Source: Basidiobolus meristosporus CBS 931.73 (lineage: Eukaryota > Fungi > Basidiobolomycota). From it: 64,000 nucleotides of DNA. The stretch spans positions 1-64,000 of the forward strand of contig MCFE01000466.1 of NCBI GenBank assembly GCA_002104905.1, written 5' to 3'. Under the pieces are notes generated by a model that made no database searches, was not told the origin of the DNA, and saw only the letters and a list, made by a program, of their open reading frames with translations. Both the position numbers and the translations under genes were made by a program. Position 1 is the stretch's first letter, and every line of letters starts with the position of its first letter. Shown in pieces: positions 50,046 through 61,555 of this stretch.

Positions 50046-50160
50046 TCCATTTAATCAAAGCTTAAGAGACAATGATAATCAATAATTTCAAGGAGTTGAC
50101 AAAATACGAAGGATTTATTCAAACAGTTGTCAGGATTAATATTCAATAGATTGCAAGTGA

Positions 50161-52365
50161 TCACTCGTTTGAATGCATGTTTCTTGCTTCATGTAAATCG
50201 TTTTTAGCTTCATCATGCTTGGCTCCGCCTTCCTCTTTCATCTGCTCATTACCTAAAATCGACCCAGCTACTTCCTTGATCTTCCCCATTATCATGCTTC
50301 CCAAAGCAGAAGCAGTGCCTGTCTCCGCATTGGTAGACTCATCACGGTGAATTGGAGTGTTGTTTGTTGCATCACTTAGGCCATTGTCATTATGCGACAA
50401 GTTGGTGGTTGTGGAGGTAGGAATGGAGCTGGTAGTGTTTTCTGTAGAGCGAGCGGTTGAGGCAGGAAGGGAGCTGGCAGCATTTTCAGTAGGGCGGATT
50501 GATGAAAGGTTATCGTGCGTTCCACTCGCTCTGCTGCCATCCTTAACTCCCACATCAGAGATCGGGCTCGTAGTAGAATGAAGATCACGATTAAGATGAT
50601 CCGTGGTGCCTGTGGTGCTGGCACCTCCTTGTGGGTAAGTGCTTTGGCTATGACCAGTTGATGCTAACTGGGTGTCTACTTGGGCAGGATCGACTTTGGA
50701 CGAGATCAAAGAAGGCGCAAGTTCATCATCATGGCTATGGGCCACATTGAGCACACCAGGAGTGGTGGATGGAACTGCTGATTGTGGATTGGTGGGATTA
50801 AAAGTGTTGTCCACCGCACGGTTAGCGACATGACTGGTATTCCTGTCACTATGCTGCTTACTACCAGTTATATCGGTAATTTCGTTCGATTCAGCAAGCT
50901 TCATATCCTCGAGAATTGTATTGTGTGGTGGATTACCGAAGCTATCAGTCAGCACTTCGTCCGTTGTCAGCTGATGTCCATCCTGGTTGAGGTTGGTGTC
51001 AATGGGCTTGTTAGAATGAGCATGTCCAGTAACGTCAGTTATGGCACTGGATCCAGCAAGCGTGTTGCCCCTGAGGTTTGGATTGTGAGGGGAGTTTCCA
51101 AAGCTGTGGCCAAGTACTTCTTCGGTGGCAACCTCACCATAGTGCGGTTTAGCTCCTCGGTGATCGTTTGATAGATCACGAGAAGGATGACTGGATAAGT
51201 CCTTTGCAACACCTGAGTGGGTTCCCGAGATTGCCGACCCGCTCAATTCACTCTTAACGTTAGTATGTTCAGCGGGATTGCTGATGTCTCTCTTGTATTC
51301 ATTGATCTTGTCATCGATTCCAGCGCCAAGTCCGGATGTGCTTCTTCCTTGAGGTTCAAATTCAGAGGGACGATCACTCGTTCTGGTATTGAAGGTGTTG
51401 AGATGATGAGAACTATCTTCTTGGCCAGAGAAACCAGAGCCTATGGGTGAAGTAGTCATCGGTGCATTGTGCAAAGTGCGGGTGCTTATGTCATCATCGG
51501 CTCTGGGGACAGTACTTTGGTGATTGTCTGTGTTCTGAGTGGATTTGGGATCAAGTGAGATACGGTGAATATCATGGATAAGCTGACTAACATCCTGGTT
51601 TCCGCTATTGATGTCTCTGCTAGCAGATGTGTGAAGGCTACCAGGGTTAGTATGCTGTCCATATTGACCGTGGTACTTGCCATCGCCAAAGCTTGTGTCA
51701 TGTTTATCGAAGAGCCCAGAATCGATATGGCGATCAGAGTCACTGAAAAGCTTGCCTTGTCCAATGGACTCACCAGGATTAACAGTAGAGCCGGTGACAC
51801 CACTATAAAGCCCGGTACCCTCCTTACCATTGTTCCGTGTAATGTCAGCCCCAATGGTGTCACGAGTATCCTTCAAAGAGGTTAACACATCAGGGTCCAC
51901 TCTGCCGGTGGGCCCAGTGCGATCGTGAAGACCTATGTCATTGGTATTTTTAGCATACTGATTGTTGGTCCCAATATCAGCGCCAATGGTATTTTCAACG
52001 GTACGCAGGGCTGGGGCGACACCAGGATTTGCTTGATGAGTTCTGTGGTGGTCGGTAAGGTTTTGGTCTTGAGTAGAGAGATGTTCGCCAGGGAAAGAAC
52101 CGGGGATATTTACAAACGAATCCTGCTCGCTGGCTAGAGACTTCGAATTGTCGTGGCCAGGTAGGATGTTATGTGCTGGAGTTCTCTGCGAAGGCTTTTC
52201 AAAGTTCTGAGTGTTGTCTCTTAGCTCCGTGGTATTTACAAAGGAGGGATCAACAGCGCGCTGTTGAACAGATCCAGAGGAAATCGGATTGGATTGAAAA
52301 TCCTGGGAGCGGTCATCAGAAGGACGAGTAGATTCAAAGTTGTTCATAATTACTACTTTGTACAA
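50161..52365 (-). CDS. 734-aa intronless low-complexity (S/T/H/D/N/G-rich) protein with C-terminal CsbD/UPF0337-like motif
   Basis: 2.2-kb stop-free ORF. C-terminal GSMIMGKIKEVAGSILGNEQMKEEG resembles the CsbD G.IKE..G...G....EG pattern. Two internal duplications. Confidence 0.8.
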   Translation of the reverse strand: MYKVVIMNNFESTRPSDDRSQDFQSNPISSGSVQQRAVDPSFVNTTELRDNTQNFEKPSQRTPAHNILPGHDNSKSLASEQDSFVNIPGSFPGEHLSTQDQNLTDHHRTHQANPGVAPALRTVENTIGADIGTNNQYAKNTNDIGLHDRTGPTGRVDPDVLTSLKDTRDTIGADITRNNGKEGTGLYSGVTGSTVNPGESIGQGKLFSDSDRHIDSGLFDKHDTSFGDGKYHGQYGQHTNPGSLHTSASRDINSGNQDVSQLIHDIHRISLDPKSTQNTDNHQSTVPRADDDISTRTLHNAPMTTSPIGSGFSGQEDSSHHLNTFNTRTSDRPSEFEPQGRSTSGLGAGIDDKINEYKRDISNPAEHTNVKSELSGSAISGTHSGVAKDLSSHPSRDLSNDHRGAKPHYGEVATEEVLGHSFGNSPHNPNLRGNTLAGSSAITDVTGHAHSNKPIDTNLNQDGHQLTTDEVLTDSFGNPPHNTILEDMKLAESNEITDITGSKQHSDRNTSHVANRAVDNTFNPTNPQSAVPSTTPGVLNVAHSHDDELAPSLISSKVDPAQVDTQLASTGHSQSTYPQGGASTTGTTDHLNRDLHSTTSPISDVGVKDGSRASGTHDNLSSIRPTENAASSLPASTARSTENTTSSIPTSTTTNLSHNDNGLSDATNNTPIHRDESTNAETGTASALGSMIMGKIKEVAGSILGNEQMKEEGGAKHDEAKNDLHEARNMHSNE

Positions 52366-52794
52366 AATAAGAGGGGATGGTGGAGTGGATATACACTGTT
52401 TGAGTCTGAATTCTAGTCAGTCGCTTCGCAGATATTTATACCAAGCTCATGGTATTAAGTCCACATCACTTCTCGTCATCATCACCATATATGCTCTTTT
52501 GCTGCTAACTACTTATGTCATCGTAGATGTCACCTTGTAATCTAACCGCAACGTCATAGAGCTAGTTGAGATGACACTTAGATTGGATTGGTGTAATTTT
52601 ATTATGATTATTTATACTTATTCCAAACCAGATTAATTTTTAATTTCACCTGGCTACTCATCAAATTAGCGAATGAATTCATCATTTCCTCGAAAAATAG
52701 CTAACCTTTGCAATTCTGTTTAACATGCCTGAATGAGTGATCAACGTAGCCTATTTACCAACCACTTTATTAGTTAGTTGACACTGTACCCAAG

Positions 52795-55316
52795 ATGAAC
52801 CGGCATAGACGTAAACCTTTCAGCGCTAAGCAGAAAAAAAACCAGCTACAAGAGAAGAGAGCTCGAAAACGTGACCAAGGGAATTCTGATGACGGTACGT
52901 CCATACAATAAAAAGAATCTCTGGTTTGGCCAAGAGCCAGCTTACTGACTGCTCGCATTTGCTCAAAGAGCCAGAAAGAGACCACGCAAACAATGAGCAC
53001 CAGAGCGTAGAGGAACTCGAAAAAAAACTGTCTACCCAGCCCAAGTCTTCGCGTTCTAAGGAGCCCACCTCCAGCAGGTTACTGAGCGTTTCGTCTTTGT
53101 CTTTGCGATATACTATCACATACCAACCTATTTTCCACAACGACAGACTTCGCTCCGTATTTGAAAAAATGACCCCAGCCCAGATAAAAATCAATAAGGA
53201 GTTGTCTATGCAGCCACTTGTCCGACTCCCCAAGGTACACTCCTTCCATCTAAGCCTGATTCTGTAGAAAGTAACACAAGTGGGGCTCTAGGAAGCTTTA
53301 GAGGTATCCCTTGAAGAAACCTACCCGAAAATCTTGGACTTCCCAAAGAGACCCTCCTGGAGCTATCAAATGTCGAAAAACGCACTGGAGACACGTGAGA
53401 AAGAGTATTTCGAAGAGTGGTTGGAGAAAATATACTCGGAATTTCCGGTGGACCAGCTTAGCTTCTTTGAGCATAACTTGGAAGTCTGGCGGCAGCTGTA
53501 AAGTTTCGGTCATAGCCAGTTTATCCATTCGATGACGTGCCTAACATTGGTCAAAAATAGTTGGAGAGTGGTGGAAATCAGCGATATTATTCTTATTGTG
53601 GTCGACTCCCGCCATCCGATTCTTCACTTCCCGCCAGCGCTATACCGCTATGTTGTAGACGAGCTTAAACGCAGCTTGGTTCTTGTATTTAACAAGGTAT
53701 CGAGTTGAAGCATGTGATGTGAGGTGCAACTGGCTAATTTGTTTGTAAGGTTGATCTGATCAATGAGGTTACTCTTGATGCCTGGAAGGAGTATTTCCAA
53801 CAAAAGTTCCCCGATCTTCACGTGGCTTCGTTTAGTAGCTACAAGCGAGAAGAAGACCTTGACGATGTCAATCAGAGTAATTGCGGTTTCTTTGGCCTTT
53901 CGCGATTTCAATATTCACCATCTTGTAGAGGTCAAAAAGCGCAAGGCGGTGAAGCGCAAGTTCCGCGCACTGGGTATCAAGGATGTGCTGAAAGCTTGTC
54001 GCACAGTGAGTATCACCAAGAAAAACATCGAGATCAATTGGGATGAAATTATCCGGCAATACGATGAAGAGACGCTGGATGAGAATGAGGATGAAAACGA
54101 TGAAAGCACTGAAAGTGATGAAGACACGGATGAAGAGATTGAGCGGTTGGGTATAGCGCCGGGTTGTGTATATATTTAACAATTCTCATGGTGATTAACC
54201 AACCTTCTGCTAGCTGAAAACACCGATAATGTCACCATCAGCGAGCAAGAGACCGCCCCCAACAGCGACTATATCACCCTTGGATTGATTGGTATTTTCC
54301 CCGAATTTCTGGCTTCACAGGATTATGGTTCTGAAGGTGAAATTAATTCGATGCGCAGGCCATCCGAACGTTGGGAAAAGCACCCTGATCAACGGAATCA
54401 TGGGTCGTACCGTGGTCAGCACTAGCAGAACTCCAGGTAACTGGCTCTTTCTGATGGCACTGCAGCTGCATGTTTGACACAATCCCATCAGGTCATACGA
54501 AGCATTTCCAAACGATCCATCTAACCAAGAATATACGGCTTTGCGATTGCCCTGGTCTTGTATTCCCGAGTTTACTACCAAAGCCACTGCAGGCACGTGG
54601 AGTATCATCTATTTCTACTGTGTGTTCATTGGCTAATTTATTGGACAGATTCTAAGCGGAATGTACAGTATTGCTCAAGTCCAAGAACCATATACCGCTA
54701 TCCAGTATTTGGTAAGTCTCGTGTGGATGGATCTTGTTGACTTCCCGAATATTGATTATCTACCATTTCCAATGGCTTCCTGGGTATCAGGCCGAACGAA
54801 TCCCAATCGAATATATACTTTCCCTTAAGCATCCTGATGATGAAGAATCCGAGTGGTCGGCATGGGAAATGTGCGAAGGTAGGGGTTGGCTTTAGCTAGA
54901 GCCCTTCAATTCAGCTAAGCTCACCATTCCTACAGCGTTTGCCTTACAAAGAGGGTTCCTGACTTCCAGAGCCGCTCGACCTGATGTCTATCGAGCAGGT
55001 AATCCTTTTTGAGCATACAGTTTCCCTTGCCCCACACTTATCTTCTTGAGTAGCCAACACTCTGTTACGCTTTGCCAACGACGGTCGATTGATTCTATCG
55101 TTCAAACCACCTGGGTTTTTCTCTTCTGAGAGATACAAGATGGCTCAGAGCCAATCGTCCAAGGATTCGGGACAAATTCAACCCGGATCTCGTCATGATG
55201 AGAGTGGCAACACCGATGACGATGAAGATGACGATAATGATGATGCCATGGAGTCACCCAAGTATAGGGTAGGTGGGTTGTTTGGCTTACTGGGCCAAAT
55301 TGATGAGAATGAATGA
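52795..55316 (+). CDS. GNL1: Guanine nucleotide-binding protein-like 1 (circularly permuted YlqF/YawG-family GTPase), multi-exon
   Basis: N-terminus RRKPFSAKQKKNQLQEKR; FEHNLEVWRQ; VVDSRHP; G4-like FNK; G1 GHPNVGKSTLIN; SRTPGHTKHFQTI; LCDCPGLVFP. Multiple GT-AG introns. Confidence 0.92.
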
Positions 55317-55584
55317 AATAAAATGAGTTTCCATTCACTGTTCAATTCCCTAATATCACTACATTTCATTGAGCTGGGTGGCTTAGATGTTGTCTTACTA
55401 CTACCAATCGATGATTGATATCCAAAATAGATGGTAAATCATCTGCTCAAACTACCATCCAATTGAATACAATCACCAGGTGTGACAATACGGCTGAGTG
55501 AGTATTATCTACGTTGACAATAATTTGGTCAGAGGAAGAATACGATCTTCGTCCATACATTGCGCCTTTATGCTAGCTAATGTC

Positions 55585-55703
55585 AAAAAAAACCCCCGCT
55601 GCAGGATTTTCGAATCCAGGACTTGATTCGGATGCACTTCGAGCGAATGGGTGCAGTAGGAAATGGGCTTTTTAAGCGAAAGTAATCAAGTCATTGATCT
55701 GCA
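55585..55703 (-). ncRNA. Candidate structured small RNA, unassigned
   Basis: Nested helices (9-bp GACTTGATT/AATCAAGTC enclosing two hairpins, plus GGATT-4nt-AATCC hairpin) followed on the minus strand by GGGGG and a T8 run. Family not recognised. Confidence 0.3.
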
Positions 55704-55961
55704 TCTTGAACAAAATCTATCCGATTTCCAACTTCAAAATATTATGATATGAGCACCATGGATATTATAGTATAATAATTGTAGATTGCTATGATACTTG
55801 AATATTGTTACAACCCAATAGGGCAACCAATCAGAACAGATATCCAAATAATTTCGTGAACAGCATCAATAAACCATGCAGGCTTCTCTCATTAGCGAAT
55901 ATAGTGAACAAGAACAAGAATTTATTGAATGTCTATCTACTTTATACACTGGTATAGCCCT

Positions 55962-56690
55962 CTAGAGGCTCGAGAACACCTTGATGGCATCCTCGGCGGT
56001 GGATCTTGCGCTTGCTGGGTTAGCTCCGGTGACAACTCGGCCGTCAGTTTGCGTGAAGTCGGCAAATGGAGTAGGTGGTGCCACGTACTCGGCCCCAACG
56101 GCAGCCGCTCCTTCTTCGATTGTAGCCACATTGGCTGACTTGATAATGTCAAGCAGGCTCAACATCACCTCACCCTCGGTAGTGAACCCGGTGACCTTCT
56201 TGCCAGCGATGATGGATTTGCCTGTGGTGCTGTCAACGATGCCAGGGAGAATGGCTGGCCCATGGCACACGGCTGAAACAACCCCTCCACGCTTGTATAT
56301 GTCCTCGGCAATATGCTGCAGGCCACGAGCCGTGGGGTAGTCCCACAAGGTCGCGTGCCCGGCAGAAGCAAAGAATAGGCCATAGTCGGCAGGGTTGAGG
56401 TCCGACGCCTTGCGAAGCTGTGAGTTCAGTTTGACATTGAAAGGATGCTCTGGATCGTCTAGCACTTTTTGGTCATCCTCGGTGAGAAAGTCCTTCGACA
56501 AGGAGTGCTCGTCCACTCCATAAGTGCCAGTCTCGGAGGCGAAGTCGACCTCGAACCCGGCCTCGACCAGTGCTTCGTATGGATGCAACGCTTCCGTATA
56601 GAAGAGCCCAGTCTTGCTGCCATTGGCGTAGAAGGGCTCGTTATAGCTGGTGATGGCAAGTAGTGCTCTGCGTGGAAGATTGGCTGGCAT
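55962..56690 (-). CDS. HSP31: DJ-1/PfpI family Hsp31-type chaperone / glyoxalase III, copy a
   Basis: KTGLFYTEALHP, DEHSL, FFASAGHATLWDYP, catalytic AVCHGP, TDGRVVTGANPASA: all motifs of yeast Hsp31. Intronless; TATAAAA upstream at ~56735-56741. Confidence 0.93.
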   Translation of the reverse strand: MPANLPRRALLAITSYNEPFYANGSKTGLFYTEALHPYEALVEAGFEVDFASETGTYGVDEHSLSKDFLTEDDQKVLDDPEHPFNVKLNSQLRKASDLNPADYGLFFASAGHATLWDYPTARGLQHIAEDIYKRGGVVSAVCHGPAILPGIVDSTTGKSIIAGKKVTGFTTEGEVMLSLLDIIKSANVATIEEGAAAVGAEYVAPPTPFADFTQTDGRVVTGANPASARSTAEDAIKVFSSL

Positions 56691-57332
56691 TGTTGTGTTG
56701 TACTGAATACCTACCTGAACCCATTGTATCGCTTTTTTTATACTGGGTTCTTGCATTTGGATGACAAATGCTTGGAAATTTCTGGTTAATTTCCCAGATT
56801 TTCACCTGACACGTAACCCATTTGGCAATCGAGTTATCAATCCATTTATGGTCAGGGATGGTGCTGCTCTGAACGCATGCTGATAAATGGCATAAATAGC
56901 GAGTGGCAGTACGGATAAGTAGCGATCAAACAGACGTGAGAATATGGTTGATATGACTCTTTTGTACTAACCATACTAGGTTATCTCTTCGATACGCATA
57001 AAATTCGGGGTTGAATAGCCAACATTTACACTTCCAAACAAGTGGTGATTACTCTAAATTCAGCATTGAGCGTTGTACTCAGCATCATTAAACTAAACTT
57101 ACGTGTTGTCATCGAAATTGTTGTAGTAGCCAATCGATAGGGCTGACAATGTCTGCTCAACTTGGGATACCTTCAAACCATGACATATTATTTATCTCAA
57201 ATGATTATCATTAAGGGAAGGAACGGTTTTGATTACCCTCGATTATCTTGACCTCCTCTCTGACTTGGTCCAATTAAAAACTTTGATTTGTCCAACCACG
57301 GTAAAGTATAATATATCCCGTTTCTCTAACAG

Positions 57333-57653
57333 TGTTACGTACATGAAGAGTAATGCCTTTAAAGAGTACGGAATTAGATAGCGTGTATGTTATCTCGTAG
57401 ATTCGACGGGGTAGTGTAAGAATATCTCTTAAAAGACTAGGATGGTAACTAGTAGAAATATCTTCAAAATAATATTCGTTTCTACCGCTCTTCCTGCTTC
57501 TAACCAAACTTCAACTTTATTTGATTGTTTGTTCGGTATTTATACCTTATTGTGAGTCTGGTGATTTGTCTTGTTTTGCTTTTCCCTGGCTACTAAGTCG
57601 TCTTTGTATGCGTTGATGTCACTTAACATCGAGTGACTCCTTACTCTATGACA
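57333..57653 (-). mobile_element. Solo LTR (family T) directly upstream of tRNA-Leu
   Basis: TGTTAC...ATGACA ends; perfect 4-bp TSD ACAG (57329-57332, 57654-57657); minus-strand TATAAATA then AATAAA; paralogous to 63266-63586. Confidence 0.85.
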
Positions 57654-57663
57654 ACAGAAAATT

Positions 57664-57745
57664 GGTGAGATGGCCGAGTGGTCTAAGGCGCTGCGTTCAG
57701 GTCGCAGTCTCTCCGGAGGCGTGGGTTCGAACCCCACTCTCATCA
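57664..57745 (+). tRNA. tRNA-Leu(CAG)
   Basis: Cloverleaf with anticodon arm CTGCG-TTCAGGT-CGCAG, long variable arm, GGTTCGAACC T-loop, T4 downstream. Confidence 0.96.
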
Positions 57746-59535
57746 AGAATATTTTATCAAAATATAGTGCGGTAGAGAATCAGAACATATTGCCAAATAA
57801 ATTTAGTCTGAGATATATGTAGAAGATAGGCCAATAAGTTTTTGCCATTCCATCGCATTATGTAAAGTTACAGCAAAAAACTATAATTCTATTTACATCA
57901 CTATGCTTTTGTTATCAAGTGGAAGCAGAGGCTCTGATTAAAATGTTGTGATACAGACCATTATTATACTGGAAAGATGAAGTAATATAGTCTGTGCAGG
58001 ATTTATTTCCTATGATGTTATTTATCTGGGGGAAGATTTATGATATCGTTGATATGCTTCACAAGCCAGATTGAGTGAATGGTAATAGTGATTACATAGC
58101 TTTTCAATTATTACTGTTGGCTATTTGAGTAGAATACTACAAAACCATCTTTACTGCAAATTCGTCTTGTCATATGGCTTGACAGATGGTGTTGGCACAT
58201 GTGTTTATTCTACACTTGTAAATTGTACCAATAATGAATTATTGGTCAGATTGTAACCATTGATACAGATACCACAGAGGATTAAGCTTCATTTTGAATA
58301 CGTGTCCAGTTCTCCAGTTGTTTGTGTTGGAAAATTCTAGGGAGTATTGGAAGTGATGTGGAGAACTAAAAGAATCGCATGAGATTCACTTGTTTCATTG
58401 AGTTCATTTAAACTTTTAGGTGAACTTTGTTTACGCGAATTGTAAGAGTGTATCAAGAAAGGTCACAGGAGGCTGTGTGCAAAGTTTGGGGACTTTTAGA
58501 CAAGTTTGCGATTATTGAAAACATCCAGGCCATCACGAATTCTGATAATTAACCAATAACTTACGAACTAAATCATAAATAAATAATTCATAACTTAGCA
58601 ATAAGCTAAATAGAATCTTAAGGTATATGAATGGTTTAGGTGTAAACTGAATATTAACAACAGATTAATATAGGTGCTCAATGACCATTCGTAGGATACT
58701 TGATATACTGCATGCTGAAATAGGACTCCATGCCAAATTGGTGATAAATATTTTCCTGTCTGTTGTTGCTCAATATGTGTGAGGATGGTCAGAGTTGATC
58801 TTTTTAAGATGTAGATGATTGGTCTACACTTGGTGATCTCCATTTGTGCCAAAGGTATGTTTGACTTGTGTTACAATATTACAGTGTTGGGCTTGGTTGT
58901 GGCAGCATATTCCACAAGCATACAGTTGACATGCTCAGTATTCATGAGAATAGCCACGTATAGTAAGGACCATCGAGTTTTGTGTACTCTTTGCCAAAAA
59001 CCCTTGAGCAGTTCTGACTTGGGAACTTGTTGCTTTTAAACAATATTCATAACACCTTAAATTGTAGTCGTTGCACTTGTAAAGAGATAAAAAAATAAAG
59101 TTAATTTACATTAGAAGGGAGAGGATACTTTAATTCGTGTACAAGTCTGTCCTACTAGTGCTATTTCTGGGGATAGGCAATCACTAATGTTGTTGGCTGA
59201 TGTTTCTGGATGTGAGATACAGGCCGAGGATACCATGATGCCCTTTATGACTCCTGCTTAACTCTACATTGCTGTCGTGGTTATGTTTTCTAAGGATATG
59301 GGATGGTAAGAAGATCAATGCCACTTGAATAGTCAAAAGAACTCCTTTGTTATGTGGGTCTTCATCAGTTTATATCATGCCTCACCGCACTTTGTTCCAG
59401 GTACTCCATCTTCTATTCCAAATGATTGTCATTTGATTAGAGACTCAATTCAAAATAGACTAACTTCTGTGTAGTACTAAGCTATTATTGCAGACAGGGT
59501 TGTGGTACCAGGGCCTTTCAGCCCTTGAGCCTTCT

Positions 59536-59921
59536 TGTCACAACATGGAAGTGTTACAATATGGCGCCCGACTTCAGACCATATTAGGAACAAGCCTCAG
59601 CCCAACGATATATTATTTAGTAACAGAGCCAAAACATGGATAGGACACTTGAGACCCAACCTTTCCTGAACCTTGAATCTTATACGAACTCTGAAGTTCC
59701 TACCTACAGAATTGCCCTGACCGCCTCAGATTCCCGAACTGTTTATTGGGATCAATTCAGGTGTTCAGGGATTCACAAGGGTCAAGAGGGTTGTTCTGGG
59801 ATTCGGGGAAGGGCTGTCCTAACGGTACCTTAAGTAGGTTATTAGATACTATGTTGCTTGGCTGATACTTGATCCTAAACCGAGCTTGAGGGCTAAGCTC
59901 TTAGTGGGCGATATTGTGACA
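59536..59921. repeat. 386-bp TG...CA segment with 8-bp terminal inverted repeats (possible LTR/MITE relic)
   Basis: TGTCACAA...TTGTGACA. No TSD found. Confidence 0.3.
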
Positions 59922-59928
59922 GAAGGAG

Positions 59929-60230
59929 TGTTACGCTCGTAGGGGGTAATACCGGTTAAGCAGTATATCTCTAGGGATTCCGGTGAGGGCAAGAGTTAAT
60001 CAGGATGCAAGGGAGAAGATACTTTATTTGTGTACAAGCCTGTGCATGGCGTGCCTTTTATACTGTGTGTGCTAAATAGGTTTCAGTGATAAATTGGTGA
60101 TAGATAGGGTTTTGGTCAGAGTAACTCTATTTGGGTGCAGATCGGCATGGTTGGCCTTATATCCATAGAGATGGTTGTCCTTTGCGGAGTGCCTACCACT
60201 TATCCTACTGGTATACTTTACCCTGTAGCA
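59929..60230 (-). mobile_element. Solo LTR (family U, termini related to family T) directly upstream of tRNA-Arg(CCG)
   Basis: TGTTAC...GTAGCA ends; TSD GGAG/AGAG (3/4); minus-strand TATAAAAG then AATAAA about 30 nt later. Confidence 0.65.
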
Positions 60231-60239
60231 AGAGGAAAT

Positions 60240-60312
60240 GGCCCTGTAGCTCAGTGGAAAGAGTGTCTCCCTCCGGAGGAGAAAGTCGTGGGTTCGACCC
60301 CCACCTGGGTCG
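60240..60312 (+). tRNA. tRNA-Arg(CCG)
   Basis: Anticodon arm TCTCC-CTCCGGA-GGAGA; A box TAGCTCAGTGG; B box GGTTCGACCC; one T-T mismatch in the acceptor stem. Confidence 0.93.
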
Positions 60313-60826
60313 CAAATATTTTATATAATTAGATTCAAGATGTATATCTGGTACAGTCGGAATCATTTCAACATCTCCGTTGTCATAAGTTGTTTACCCA
60401 GTTTCCTAGTATCTATGGGGATATATTCCAGAGAATATGGTTCCGACTGGTATTGTCATTGATTTGGGTCGAGGAAAAGTATACAACAACCCTTTGTAGT
60501 ACTACTACGCTACAGTAAAAGCATGCGTCTGGTCCATATACATGGAGGAGGCTTCATTGCTATGGCACAGCACAGTACATCCCATTATTCCAACTCTCGC
60601 CAGTGGAAATGCGGTAGTCCAATGCTGCTACAGTTGGTCAGAAGTGTAGCCCGCTATTTCTTTTTGGTACTCTATGGCATTCAACAGGTTTACCATTGTC
60701 GGATGCAAGAAATCGTTCATCATGGTCGAAGCTCAAATGTATTGCAGTATTGCGAGTTAGAATTGATACTGAACAAGTACAAGAGTTTATTGAATGTCTA
60801 TCTACTTTATACACTGATATAGCCCT

Positions 60827-61555
60827 CTAGAGACTCGAGAACGCCTTGATGGCATCCTCGGCGGTGGATCTTGCGCTTGCTGGGTTAGCTCCGGTGACAA
60901 CTCGGCCGTCAGTTTGCGTGAAGTCGGCAAATGGAGTAGGTGGTGCCACGTACTCGGCCCCAACAGCAGCCGCTCCTTCCTCGATTGTAGCCACATTGGC
61001 TGACTTGATAATGTCAAGTAGGCTCAACATCACCTCACCCTCGGTAGTGAACCCGGTGACCTTCTTGCCAGCGATGATGGATTTGCCTGTGGTGCTGTCA
61101 ACGATGCCAGGGAGAATGGCTGGCCCATGGCACACGGCTGAAACAACCCCTCCACGCTTGTATATGTCCTCGGCAATATGCTGCAGGCCACGAGCCGTAG
61201 GGTAATCCCACAGGGTCGCGTGCCCGGCAGAAGCAAAGAATAGGCCATAGTCGGCAGGGTTGAGGTCCGACGCCTTGCGAAGCTGTGAGTTCAGTTTGAC
61301 ATTGAAAGGATGCTCTGGATCGTCTAGCACTTTTTGGTCATCCTCGGTGAGAAAGTCTTTCGACAAGGAGTGCTCGTCCACTCCGTAAGTGCCAGTCTCG
61401 GAGGCGAAGTCGACCTCGAACCCGGCCTCGACCAGTGCTTCGTATGGGTGCAACGCTTCCGTATAGAAGAGCCCAGTCTTGCTGCCATTGGCGTAGAAGG
61501 GCTCGTTATAGCTGGTGATGGCAAGTAGTGCTCTGCGTGGAAGATTGGCTGGCAT
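60827..61555 (-). CDS. HSP31: Hsp31-type chaperone / glyoxalase III, copy b
   Basis: Protein identical to copy a except KAFSSL vs KVFSSL. Part of a direct repeat 55905-56986 / 60770-61851. Confidence 0.93.
   Translation of the reverse strand: MPANLPRRALLAITSYNEPFYANGSKTGLFYTEALHPYEALVEAGFEVDFASETGTYGVDEHSLSKDFLTEDDQKVLDDPEHPFNVKLNSQLRKASDLNPADYGLFFASAGHATLWDYPTARGLQHIAEDIYKRGGVVSAVCHGPAILPGIVDSTTGKSIIAGKKVTGFTTEGEVMLSLLDIIKSANVATIEEGAAAVGAEYVAPPTPFADFTQTDGRVVTGANPASARSTAEDAIKAFSSL

Larger units (their letters stand above)
49127..50066. repeat. Right arm of ~0.94-kb inverted repeat
   Basis: Reverse complement of 45123-46059. Confidence 0.93.

Noticed and set aside
54999-55053. U12-type intron in GNL1 (GTAATCCTTT)
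   Set aside because: The donor deviates from RTATCCTT by an inserted A and there is no TTCCTTRAC branch site.
55585-55703. tRNA or tRNA pseudogene on the minus strand
   Set aside because: No 5-bp T stem with 7-nt loop, no acceptor stem and no anticodon arm. Kept only as an unassigned structured element.
56691-56756. 22-aa N-terminal extension (targeting peptide) on Hsp31 copy a
   Set aside because: The upstream ATG lies 5' of the TATA box and is CTG in copy b, so it is probably not transcribed.
59562-59572. TGGCGCCCGA primer-binding site marking an intact retrotransposon
   Set aside because: No gag/pol ORF follows and no matching LTR pair was found. At most a relic.
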